DNA of 48,934 nt from an uncultured Gammaproteobacteria bacterium (GCA_964616135.1 CAZTTQ010000003.1:1-48934); one strand, 5' to 3'; positions 32,890 to 40,061 are shown, numbered from the stretch's first letter. Notes: generated from the sequence alone by a model not told the origin. Made by a program: numbers and translations.

Positions 32890-33514
32890 AGAGTTTACGG
32901 ACGATGTTCGCGATGTCCTGGCGCAACTCGTCGATGATTTGGAACGCGGGTTTGATCTTACCTCGCAAGGCGAACGCGGCGCCCGCGACCTTGTCCTTAA
33001 GGAGCGTTTCCAACCGGCGGCGTTCCAACGCGAGCTTGCCGGTTCCCAGGCCCAGTTGCGCTTCTAAGTCGCGTTGGTGTTCTTCCGTGCCCAGGAACGA
33101 ATCGACGACGCGTTTGACGCCCTCTTTGAGGGAAGCGGGATTGCGCGGATCGATGCCTTCCAGGCCGACGCGCTGCGGATCGGTCGTTTCCCGTTGCGCG
33201 CGCATCTGTTGTTCTTGCATGACGGTCCCGTGCTCCTGGAATCCTTCCAGGTCCGGTGCGCCGTCTTCCACAAGTTCGCCTTCTACGACTTCTTCTTCCT
33301 CCATCTTTCGCGCCGCTTCCACGGCCGGAATGCGCTTGGTTTTCTCCAGGGCGGCAGCACTGGCGAGGCGGGCCGTCTGTTCTTCTGGATCCGGCTTCGT
33401 CAGCTCTTCGTCAATATATTCCGCGATGCGGCGGGCATTTTCCGTGAGCGGAGGGAGCGGAGCCGGTTTTTTCTCCAGGGGTTTGGCGAACGGATTGTAG
33501 CCTTGTTCGGGCAT
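32888..33514 (-). CDS. Hypothetical acidic coiled-coil-like protein (208 aa)
   Basis: Start moved to ATG 33514 (MPEQGYNPFAKPLEKK...). Glu/Lys/Arg-rich. The upstream part of the track ORF overlaps the terminator of the REC gene. Confidence 0.5.
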   Translation of the reverse strand: MPEQGYNPFAKPLEKKPAPLPPLTENARRIAEYIDEELTKPDPEEQTARLASAAALEKTKRIPAVEAARKMEEEEVVEGELVEDGAPDLEGFQEHGTVMQEQQMRAQRETTDPQRVGLEGIDPRNPASLKEGVKRVVDSFLGTEEHQRDLEAQLGLGTGKLALERRRLETLLKDKVAGAAFALRGKIKPAFQIIDELRQDIANIVRKL

Positions 33515-33564
33515 AGGGAAATGGGATAACTGCGGCCATTCTAGCCCAAACGTGGAGGGAAGGG

Positions 33565-33608
33565 AAAAGAAAATGCCCGCCGTGTCCCGGGGAAGGGAAA
33601 CGGCGGGC
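33565..33608 (-). terminator. Terminator of the REC-REC gene
   Basis: GCCCGCCG (33575-33582) pairs with CGGCGGGC (33601-33608). On the minus strand it is followed by a U-rich tract (ATTTTCTTTTCCC). Confidence 0.6.
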
Positions 33609-33618
33609 GAGAGGGGCG

Positions 33619-34416
33619 TCAGGACGCGTCGGGCAGGAAGGCGTGCGAGCGCAGCCATGCCTGGACCGCGTTGTTGTTGACCGGCTTCTGGCGGTAGGCG
33701 CCGCCGTTCTGCTCGATGAGCGCGATCACGTCCGCGTCGTTGCGGCCGGAGAGGACCAGGTACGGCATGAGCCGGTCCTCCTGCCGCAGCTTGACGAGGC
33801 AGCGGACGCCGTCGAGGTCGCCCATCTGGAAGTCGGAGATGACGAAGGAGACGGCCCGGGAGCGGCAGTACGCCAGGGTCTCGGTCCCGTCACGGGCTTC
33901 CAGCACCTCGAAGCCGAGGCTGGTGAGCAGGTCCGCAAGCGATCTGCAGGCGTCGGGATCGTCGTCGGCGACGACGGCCACGTGCTTCGGGGCCGCGGGG
34001 AGGAACCGCTCCAGGAACCCTTCGATGACCTTCAGCTCGATGGGTTTCGGGCTGTACTCCGCGCCGAGCGTCTTGCACGTTTCCTGCTCGTCCTGGGACA
34101 GTTCGCCCCCGCTCATGAGGACGAACGGCAGGCGGGAACCGGTGGCGCGGATCTCGCGGAGGAGGCCCAGGCCCCCCATGTTCGGCATGTGGGTGTCGGA
34201 GATCACGAGGTCGGGCGCGAGCGCGCGGAACGTCGCGAGCGCTTCACTCCCGTCCTCGCAGGCCGTCACCTCGACCCGCAGGGAGCGCTTCATTGCCCAG
34301 GCGTCGATGACCCGTTTGTAACCCCGGCGGATGCCGAGTTGGTCGTCCACGAGCAGGACGCGCTTGGGGGTGGCTTCTTCGGCCAAAGGACACCTCTGGT
34401 ACCTGGCCCGCTCCAT
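33619..34416 (-). CDS. Response regulator with two tandem receiver domains and no output domain
   Basis: REC1 VLLVDD...DLVISDTHMPNMGG...SPKP. REC2 VAVVADDD...SFVISDFQMGDLDG...RQKP. No histidine kinase is in the window. Confidence 0.85.
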   Translation of the reverse strand: MERARYQRCPLAEEATPKRVLLVDDQLGIRRGYKRVIDAWAMKRSLRVEVTACEDGSEALATFRALAPDLVISDTHMPNMGGLGLLREIRATGSRLPFVLMSGGELSQDEQETCKTLGAEYSPKPIELKVIEGFLERFLPAAPKHVAVVADDDPDACRSLADLLTSLGFEVLEARDGTETLAYCRSRAVSFVISDFQMGDLDGVRCLVKLRQEDRLMPYLVLSGRNDADVIALIEQNGGAYRQKPVNNNAVQAWLRSHAFLPDAS

Positions 34417-34433
34417 GCGGGAACCAGAGGGCG

Positions 34434-34462
34434 AACCTACCAGAAAACGGGTCCATTGTCAA
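34434..34462 (-). promoter_or_regulatory. TTGACA-N17-TAGGTT promoter of the REC-REC gene
   Basis: The reverse complement reads TTGACA atggacccgttttctgg TAGGTT. The -10 ends 17 nt before ATG 34416. It shares the palindromic TTGTCAA core with the divergent mnmA promoter. Confidence 0.55.
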
Positions 34463-34484
34463 CCCTCCGTATTTCTGGCAGAAT
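34456..34484 (+). promoter_or_regulatory. TTGTCA-N17-CAGAAT promoter of mnmA
   Basis: The -35 overlaps the divergent promoter. The -10 ends 12 nt before ATG 34497, and there is no SD. Confidence 0.4.
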
Positions 34485-34496
34485 GCCTCATTCCCT

Positions 34497-35585
34497 ATGG
34501 AAATCCCTAAGAAAAAGGTTCTGCTCGGCATGTCCGGCGGCGTGGATTCGTCCGTGTCCGCGGCCTTGTTGTTGGAACAGGGGTACGAGGTGGTCGGCGC
34601 CTTCATGAAAAACTGGTCGCCGCTCGCCTGCGAGGCGGACGCCGGCTTTGAGGAATGCGACTGGCGCGGGGAGCGCCGCGACGCCATGCGCGTGGCGGGC
34701 CAGCTCGGCATTCCGTTCCTGACCTTCGATTTTGAGAAGGAATACCGGGAACGCGTCATTGAGGACTTGTTCGCTGAATATGATGCGGGCCGCACGCCCA
34801 ACCCGGACGTCTTGTGCAACAAGCACGTGAAGTTCGACCTGTTCCTGAAGGAGGCGGACAAGCTCGGCTGCGACTTCATCGCCACGGGCCACTATGCTCG
34901 CGTTGAAAACGGCCGCGTCTTGCAAGGTGTGGACGCCAACAAGGACCAGACGTATTTCCTCTGGGCCATCCCGCCCGCCGCGGTGCCGCGGGTGTTGTTT
35001 CCAGTCGGCCACCTCACCAAGCCGCAGGTGCGCGAGGAAGCCAAAAAGCGCGGTCTCGTAACCGCCGAAAAGAAGGACAGCACCGGCATCTGTTTCGTGG
35101 GAGAAGTGGACTTGAAGAAATTCCTCCTGACGAAGTTGGAGAAGAAGCCGGGGAATATCGTCACGCCGGAAGGGAAGGTGCTTGGCCGCCATGACGGCCT
35201 GGCGTTCTTCACGATCGGCCAACGCGAAGGTTTGAACGTGGCCGTGGGCGAACCGCTCTACGTCGCGGAGCGCCGTTTGGAGACGAATGAACTGGTCGTT
35301 GCGCCGAACGGCCATCCGGCCCTGTTCCGTTCGTCCGTGGAAGGGATCAAGGCGAATTGGTTCCGTACGCCCGTTGATGGGGCCAAACTCACTGTCCGTT
35401 TGCGTCATCAGCAGGTGCCGTTTGCCTGCACCGTGTCCCTCCCTCTTCAAAAGAGGGAGGCTTCGGGGCCGGAGGGAGTCTCGGTCCTGGTCCAATTCGC
35501 GGAGCCGCAGCGCGGTGTCGCCCCGGGCCAGAGCATGGTCTTCTACGACGGGGAAGAGATGGTTGGAGGCGCCGTGATCGCGTAA
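34497..35585 (+). CDS. mnmA: tRNA 2-thiouridine(34) synthase MnmA
   Basis: PP-loop LGMSGGVDSSV, NPDVLCN, DQTYFL, C-terminal PGQSMVFYDGEEMVGGAVI. Carries a palindromic-element insertion at 35438-35480. Confidence 0.94.
   Translation: MEIPKKKVLLGMSGGVDSSVSAALLLEQGYEVVGAFMKNWSPLACEADAGFEECDWRGERRDAMRVAGQLGIPFLTFDFEKEYRERVIEDLFAEYDAGRTPNPDVLCNKHVKFDLFLKEADKLGCDFIATGHYARVENGRVLQGVDANKDQTYFLWAIPPAAVPRVLFPVGHLTKPQVREEAKKRGLVTAEKKDSTGICFVGEVDLKKFLLTKLEKKPGNIVTPEGKVLGRHDGLAFFTIGQREGLNVAVGEPLYVAERRLETNELVVAPNGHPALFRSSVEGIKANWFRTPVDGAKLTVRLRHQQVPFACTVSLPLQKREASGPEGVSVLVQFAEPQRGVAPGQSMVFYDGEEMVGGAVIA
35438..35480 (+). repeat. Palindromic repeat element, copy D, in frame inside mnmA
   Basis: CCTCCCTCTT-caa-AAGAGGGAGG cttcggggcc GGAGGGAGTC, translated as ..SLPLQKREASGPEGV.. 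in the mnmA frame. Confidence 0.7.
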
Positions 35586-35587
35586 GG

Positions 35588-35627
35588 AAAAAAACACCGC
35601 CATCCCCGTTAGTGGGTGGCGGTTTTT
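35588..35627. terminator. Bidirectional terminator between mnmA and the HAD gene
   Basis: A7-CACCGCCATCC...GGGTGGCGG-T5. The stop codon of the minus-strand HAD gene (35609-35611) lies in the loop. Confidence 0.7.
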
Positions 35628-36517
35628 GCGGTGGAGAGGAAGTCCGCGAGTGGCTTCAGGCTGTCGCCGACGGAGACGATGTCCGCGGCAGCCACGATCT
35701 CCTCCAGGTGTTCGCTGTGGTAGCCGGCCGTGTTGGCGTCGTTGGTCGGGAACGGGATGATGAACGCGTTCACGCCGCGTCCCCGCTCCATGAGGCCCAG
35801 GTCCCCGGCGCTGTCGCCGATGGCGAACACGTGGTCCGGATTCCCGTCCCAGTGGGACACGTTGCGCAAGTGCCAGTCCCGCATTTCGCGCTTCAGCGCG
35901 GCGGGGAAGGCGTTCAGCGCGCAGCCGAGGATGCGGCCCTCCGGGTCAAACTCGACGCGGGACGCGCCGACCCAGACGGGACGCTTCGGGGTGGAGAACC
36001 CATGGGCATCCAGGAAGGCGCGGATCACGGGCTCGATGCCCATGCTGATCACGGCGCGGACGCGGAAGAGGTCGAGGAGATCCCCGGCTCCTTCACGCGG
36101 CGTCAGACCCATGCCCGCCTTCGCCAGGTCAGCCTCGGTGAGGCCGCCTTCGCGGTAGGCGCGGATGCCCCGTTCGATCCACTGGGTTTCCCAGGCGGCG
36201 AGATGCGCCGGAGACTGGGGGCCGCACGCGTGCAGGTCCGCGCCGTCCTTGGAGGACAGGCGGAACCGGCGGTAGGCGGCGTAGACGTCCGTCTCCCGCT
36301 GGGCGAGTTCCGGCGACAGGAACCGGTCCATGGCCCGCCACTGGTTGTCCGGGTGCAGGGTGTGGTCGAAGTCGAAGTACCCGTACTGCAGGCCCGCGGC
36401 GCGGGCGACCAGGTCCTCCTCCTCCCAGTTCGTCAGGAGGAGGGGAACCTTGTCTTCCAGCGACCGCCTGATGGCGGCGATGCGGGTTTCCAGTCCTTTC
36501 AAGGTACAAATACGCAC
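35609..36517 (-). CDS. HAD-superfamily hydrolase
   Basis: GTG start 5 nt after GGAGGT. Motif I YFDFDHTL (DxDxT) and motif IV-like AIGDSAGD. 302 aa. Confidence 0.7.
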   Translation of the reverse strand: MRICTLKGLETRIAAIRRSLEDKVPLLLTNWEEEDLVARAAGLQYGYFDFDHTLHPDNQWRAMDRFLSPELAQRETDVYAAYRRFRLSSKDGADLHACGPQSPAHLAAWETQWIERGIRAYREGGLTEADLAKAGMGLTPREGAGDLLDLFRVRAVISMGIEPVIRAFLDAHGFSTPKRPVWVGASRVEFDPEGRILGCALNAFPAALKREMRDWHLRNVSHWDGNPDHVFAIGDSAGDLGLMERGRGVNAFIIPFPTNDANTAGYHSEHLEEIVAAADIVSVGDSLKPLADFLSTAKTATH

Positions 36518-36556
36518 GGCCCACCTCCAGTTGGTTTGTGGAATTGCCGTGTGGAA

Positions 36557-36585
36557 ACCCTAGGGGTTTTTGGGCGGATTGTCAA
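36557..36585 (-). promoter_or_regulatory. TTGACA-N17-TAGGGT promoter of the HAD gene
   Basis: The reverse complement reads TTGACA atccgcccaaaaacccc TAGGGT. The TAG of the -10 is the stop codon of the upstream gene. Confidence 0.45.
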
Positions 36586-37123
36586 TCGTCTCCCGGTCCG
36601 CACGGTCGTAAAAGAGCGTCGCGTCGGCCAAGACCGGCGTGCGCATTTCTCCGCGGCGCGCGGCACGGACGGTCGCCGTGCCCAGCCAAACGTGGGCAAA
36701 GCGCCGTGCGGGCAGGTTCTCAAAAACGGCGCCGCCACGGGCGACGTCCGCCTCTACGACGTCCATGCGTACGTCGATGGGGACAGTGGTGGCCGTCACG
36801 GTGATCCGCCCCGTACCAAGACGCAGAACGATTTCCTTGCTCGATAACCGTTCAAGGGTGAGTTCTGTATGCGTGGCGATTTGGACCGTGCCAAGCCCGG
36901 CCAGGTCTAGCACGGTTCCTCGGTCGTCCGTCCGCACGGTTTCACCGCGGTGGACGGATTCCGTGCCTTCAATGGGGGAGATGCTTAGCGTGGCGAACGG
37001 GGTAGCGACGAGCGGTGTCTCATACCCGTCCCCGCCCGCGAACCGGAACCCAAGGCGCTGGCCGACCAATAAGGCGGCGCCGAGCATGAGGAATGCGGCA
37101 GTCAAAACGTGTTCACGCTTCAT
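36560..37123 (-). CDS. Membrane-anchored beta-rich hypothetical protein (possibly FecR-like fold)
   Basis: N-terminal TM helix (LTAAFLMLGAALLVG) followed by a ~160-aa beta-strand-like sequence. The FecR resemblance is weak. Confidence 0.5.
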   Translation of the reverse strand: MKREHVLTAAFLMLGAALLVGQRLGFRFAGGDGYETPLVATPFATLSISPIEGTESVHRGETVRTDDRGTVLDLAGLGTVQIATHTELTLERLSSKEIVLRLGTGRITVTATTVPIDVRMDVVEADVARGGAVFENLPARRFAHVWLGTATVRAARRGEMRTPVLADATLFYDRADRETIDNPPKNP

Positions 37124-37150
37124 ATGGGGGCATGGTATCGTATCTATCGT

Positions 37151-37181
37151 GCTAAAAGCTAATAGCTAAAGGCTAAGAGCT
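37151..37181. repeat. Heptamer microrepeat GCTAA(A/T/G)N x 4.4 in a divergent intergenic spacer
   Basis: GCTAAAA GCTAATA GCTAAAG GCTAAGA GCT, immediately upstream of ATG 37187. Confidence 0.6.
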
Positions 37182-37186
37182 CCCTT

Positions 37187-37450
37187 ATGGCCCTACTCGA
37201 ATTCTACGGGAAGGAATGCCCCCACTGCGTCACCATGATGCCAATGATCGACAAGCTCATCGCGGAGGGGATCAAGATCGAGAAGTTCGAAACCTGGCAT
37301 GATGAAGAAAACGCCAAGAAGCTGGAAAAATACGACCGCGGTCTCTGCGGCGGCGTGCCGTTTTTCTATAACACGGATTCCAAGCGCTTCATTTGCGGGG
37401 AAACGGATGAAGAAACCATCCGTAAGTGGGCAAAAGGGGAGAAGGTCTAG
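37187..37450 (+). CDS. Small thioredoxin-fold protein (CPHC active site)
   Basis: LEFYGKECPHCVTMMP...GVPFFYN. 87 aa, with a glutaredoxin/thioredoxin-like layout. Confidence 0.8.
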   Translation: MALLEFYGKECPHCVTMMPMIDKLIAEGIKIEKFETWHDEENAKKLEKYDRGLCGGVPFFYNTDSKRFICGETDEETIRKWAKGEKV

Positions 37451-37451
37451 G

Positions 37452-37488
37452 CAAAAAGAAAGCGGCCCGTGCGGGGCCGTTTTCTTTT
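37452..37488. terminator. Hairpin between the convergent thioredoxin-like and era genes
   Basis: A5..CGGCCC-gtgcg-GGGCCG..TTTTCTTTT. Confidence 0.55.
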
Positions 37489-38356
37489 ACTCAATGCCCA
37501 TGTTGTCCTGCCAGTGGCGGTCGACGTCGACGTTCAGGTCCAGGAACACCGGGCCGTTCATGACTGTCTGCAGTTCGCGGCGCGTGCTCTGGCCGATTTC
37601 CTTCACGCCTTGGCCGCCGCGCCCGATGATCATGCGCTGGTAGCGCTCGTCGTTGGTGAAGATCGTCGCGCGCACGTAGGTCGTGCCGTTTTCGCGCGTT
37701 TCGATCTCATGGCACACGACGTGGACGGAGTAGGGGACTTCCTGGCGCAGGCGGAGGAAGAGTTTCTCACGGATCAGCTCTGCCATCCATTCCTTCTGTC
37801 CCATGTCGGTCATCTGGAATTCCGGGTAGAAGTACTCGCCTTCGGGCAAATGCTTCATGACCTCGGCGGCCAGCGTTTTCACGTGGGTGCCGTTTTCCGC
37901 GGACACTTCCACCAAGGCGTCGAACTTGGGAGCCAAGTCCTTGTAGAAGTCGTAGAACGGCTTCTCCGGCAGGTCCATCTTGTTGATGACCAGGATCTTC
38001 GGCTTGTTGGTGTGTTCCACCAGGGACATGATGTACTTTTCTTCCTCGCCGATGGAACGCGTCGGGTCTACCACGTACACGACGGCGTCGATGCCTTTCA
38101 ACGACTGGCGCACGGCGTCGGCCAGGTGCTTGGAGAGGGAGTCCTTGGCGTCCTTAAAGACGCCCGGGGTGTCCACGAACACGACTTGGCCTTCCGGGCG
38201 CGTCAAAATGCCGCGGACCGGCAAACGGGTCGTCTGTGCTTTGGGGGAGGTGATCGCGACCTTGGTGCCGACGAGCGCGTTCAGCAACGTGGATTTGCCC
38301 ACGTTGGAGCGCCCGACGAGCACGGCAAAGCCCGCCTTCTTTTTTGGTTGGTCCAT
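37487..38356 (-). CDS. era: GTPase Era
   Basis: Start at ATG 38356 (MDQPKKKAGFAVLVGRSNVGKSTLLNAL). DTPG, NKMD, and a C-terminal KH domain (IIGRGGQGVKEIG). Confidence 0.94.
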   Translation of the reverse strand: MDQPKKKAGFAVLVGRSNVGKSTLLNALVGTKVAITSPKAQTTRLPVRGILTRPEGQVVFVDTPGVFKDAKDSLSKHLADAVRQSLKGIDAVVYVVDPTRSIGEEEKYIMSLVEHTNKPKILVINKMDLPEKPFYDFYKDLAPKFDALVEVSAENGTHVKTLAAEVMKHLPEGEYFYPEFQMTDMGQKEWMAELIREKLFLRLRQEVPYSVHVVCHEIETRENGTTYVRATIFTNDERYQRMIIGRGGQGVKEIGQSTRRELQTVMNGPVFLDLNVDVDRHWQDNMGIE

Positions 38357-38365
38357 AGTCAGCTG

Positions 38366-38394
38366 ACGGTAGCGCAAAAACGCGCCGCGGTCAA
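38366..38394 (-). promoter_or_regulatory. TTGACC-N17-TACCGT promoter of era
   Basis: The reverse complement reads TTGACC gcggcgcgtttttgcgc TACCGT. The -10 ends 9 nt before the ATG, and there is no SD. Confidence 0.45.
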
Positions 38395-38405
38395 TGGGGA
38401 GGGGA

Positions 38406-38436
38406 ATAAAAAACGCCGTCCCGTTAGGGATCGGCG
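38406..38436 (-). terminator. Terminator of the 38424 gene, stop codon in the loop
   Basis: A7-CGCCGTCCC-gTTA-GGGAtCGGCG. Closely resembles the terminator at 39383-39411. Confidence 0.65.
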
Positions 38437-38888
38437 GAGAGTACTGGGGGAAGTCCCGGGATGGGGGACGATTGCTGCGCGGCGACGGACCGGGCGGCTT
38501 CCTTCGGGTCCAGGAACGCCAGGTCACGAATGGTCCCATCGGGCGCGTATGTGATCCGCAAGGCGTAGGGAGTGTCCGGGTTCGCGGGAATGAACACGAT
38601 CCCTTCACGCAGGGAGCCGATGGGGAACAGGCCGAACGCCTGCGGGTCTCCCGTGACGACGTTTCCCGCCTGGTGGAGAAGGACGTCTTGGTGGGCGAGG
38701 CGGTCAAACGCGTATCGCGCGGCCGCCTGCCAGGCGTCGCGGTCCGCCGCGAGATAGGCCTGGGAACCGTCGTGGGTGAGTTGTAGGGCGCGGACGCGCC
38801 GGAAGTGGTCCACCTCGTGCATGATGAACATCCCGAGGAGCAACAGGACGCCAACGATCACGAGGGCAAGGTGCTTCTTCTGAAACAT
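38424..38888 (-). CDS. Hypothetical membrane-anchored protein (154 aa)
   Basis: ATG preceded by GGGAGAA. N-terminal TM helix LALVIVGVLLLLGMFIM. Confidence 0.55.
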   Translation of the reverse strand: MFQKKHLALVIVGVLLLLGMFIMHEVDHFRRVRALQLTHDGSQAYLAADRDAWQAAARYAFDRLAHQDVLLHQAGNVVTGDPQAFGLFPIGSLREGIVFIPANPDTPYALRITYAPDGTIRDLAFLDPKEAARSVAAQQSSPIPGLPPVLSADP

Positions 38889-38971
38889 CGGGTTCTCCCA
38901 GGGAAGTGGAAATCCGCTTGCGGGCGGATGAACTATGGCAGGAAATGGAGGGTTGTCAACCGGGGGACGAA

Positions 38972-39000
38972 CAAAAAACCACCCGGGACGGCGGGTGGTT
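38972..39000 (-). terminator. Terminator of the small-peptide operon
   Basis: AACCACCCG-ggacgg-CGGGTGGTT, with A6 on the plus strand (a U-tract on the minus strand), 3 nt after the stop at 39003. Confidence 0.7.
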
Positions 39001-39002
39001 GG

Positions 39003-39143
39003 TCAGGGGCGCATCGGGTACGGATCGGCCATGTTCGGGTCGGGCCGTGGCCGCTGGTCTCCGAACTCATCCACGCATTTGGCGGCGCCGATGAGCACGA
39101 TGAGGCCGATGATGAGCAGAAGGAACTTCCTCGGCGTATCCAT
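39003..39143 (-). CDS. Small membrane peptide 2 (46 aa; below the ORF-track cutoff)
   Basis: Hand translation gives MDTPRKFLLLIIGLIVLIGAAKCVDEFGDQRPRPDPNMADPYPMRP*. GGAGG lies 5 nt before the ATG. Confidence 0.55.
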   Translation of the reverse strand: MDTPRKFLLLIIGLIVLIGAAKCVDEFGDQRPRPDPNMADPYPMRP

Positions 39144-39162
39144 GTTGCCTCCGGTGTACTGC

Positions 39163-39288
39163 TTACGGAAGGGACGTCCACGGACGGTCCGGGTCCGGGA
39201 TGCCGCAGTGTGGGACGGCGAAGAACAGGACGGCCGTTCCGAGCAGAACCAGCAGGATCGTTCCGATCGTACGGAACCGTGTACGCAT
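39163..39288 (-). CDS. Small membrane peptide 1 (41 aa)
   Basis: MRTRFRTIGTILLVLLGTAVLFFAVPHCGIPDPDRPWTSLP*. GGAGG lies 5 nt before ATG 39288. Same layout as the neighbouring peptide. Confidence 0.55.
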   Translation of the reverse strand: MRTRFRTIGTILLVLLGTAVLFFAVPHCGIPDPDRPWTSLP

Positions 39289-39316
39289 CGTGCCTCCAGG
39301 TCTGTGGGACAAGGCC

Positions 39317-39345
39317 AACCTAGTCGTATGTTCGCGCCGCGTCAA
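39317..39345 (-). promoter_or_regulatory. TTGACG-N17-TAGGTT promoter of the small-peptide operon
   Basis: The reverse complement reads TTGACG cggcgcgaacatacgac TAGGTT, about 28 nt upstream of ATG 39288. Confidence 0.55.
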
Positions 39346-39382
39346 CCCCCAATCCATCCAGAGGCGTGGGCGTTTTTTTATG

Positions 39383-39411
39383 AAAAAACGCCGTCCCGTC
39401 AGGGGGCGGCG
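39383..39411 (-). terminator. Terminator of the yjjX-like gene, stop codon in the loop
   Basis: A6-CGCCGTCCC-gTCA-GGGGgCGGCG. A second A/T-rich palindrome GGCGTTTTTT/AAAAAACGCC (39369-39392) overlaps it. Confidence 0.6.
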
Positions 39412-39956
39412 TAGAGTTCCGGGTGAAGTCCCGGGGCAAGGGCGAGCAGCACGGCTTGCTGGACGAGCTCCAGGCGGCTGGTGGCTCCGTCCGTAAGACG
39501 GTAGATCGTGCCCTCTTCGTAGCCGTCGTCGTCGTTGACAATCGGCGGACCGAAGACGGCCAGGTCGGCCTGTGCGTGCGTCATGCCTCCCTTGATGAGG
39601 ACGGCGACGCGCGGCGGCACGATGTAGCTGGCAGAGCGTCCCCAGCCGCGGCGGCCGCGAAACACGACGTAGGCGAGCTGGAACAACCAGAGGTGGCCGC
39701 CCGCCTCCTCCACGCCCGCTTCCACGGAGACGAAAGCGATGCCGTCCAAGCGCCGGGCCGCGTCGGCCAAGAGAATCTCCAGGCGGTGGGTGACCCCTTT
39801 GGCCGTTTCTTCAAAGCCGAAGGGTTGGTCCGGCACTCCGGAGGCGGCCTGGACCGGGACGATATCCAGGACCGGTTCTTGCGGGCAGGCGAGACGTAGG
39901 GCTTCGCGCGTGCCGCTGACCATGGTCGGATGCTCCGACGCGACGTAAACGCGCAT
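39399..39956 (-). CDS. yjjX: Inosine/xanthosine triphosphatase (YjjX/DUF84 family)
   Basis: ATG 39956 after AGGAGGT. SGVPDQPFGFEETAKG..R, VSVEAGV, and QQAVLLALAP resemble E. coli YjjX as I recall it. Confidence 0.65.
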   Translation of the reverse strand: MRVYVASEHPTMVSGTREALRLACPQEPVLDIVPVQAASGVPDQPFGFEETAKGVTHRLEILLADAARRLDGIAFVSVEAGVEEAGGHLWLFQLAYVVFRGRRGWGRSASYIVPPRVAVLIKGGMTHAQADLAVFGPPIVNDDDGYEEGTIYRLTDGATSRLELVQQAVLLALAPGLHPELYAAP

Positions 39957-40061
39957 GTCACCTCCTGCGGAACCAGCCGCCGGAAAAAAAGAAAGAACGT
40001 GCGGCGCAGTGTGCGACCACACGTTCATTCCGTCAATACGTCCGCAAGAGCCTCTTCCGTC

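Noticed and set aside
38357-38854. N-terminal 166-aa extension of the era ORF (455-aa track ORF).
   Set aside because: Era homology begins at MDQPKKKAGFAVLVGRSNVGKST (ATG 38356). The extension is Ser/Arg/Pro-rich and overlaps the separately supported 38424-38888 gene in another frame.
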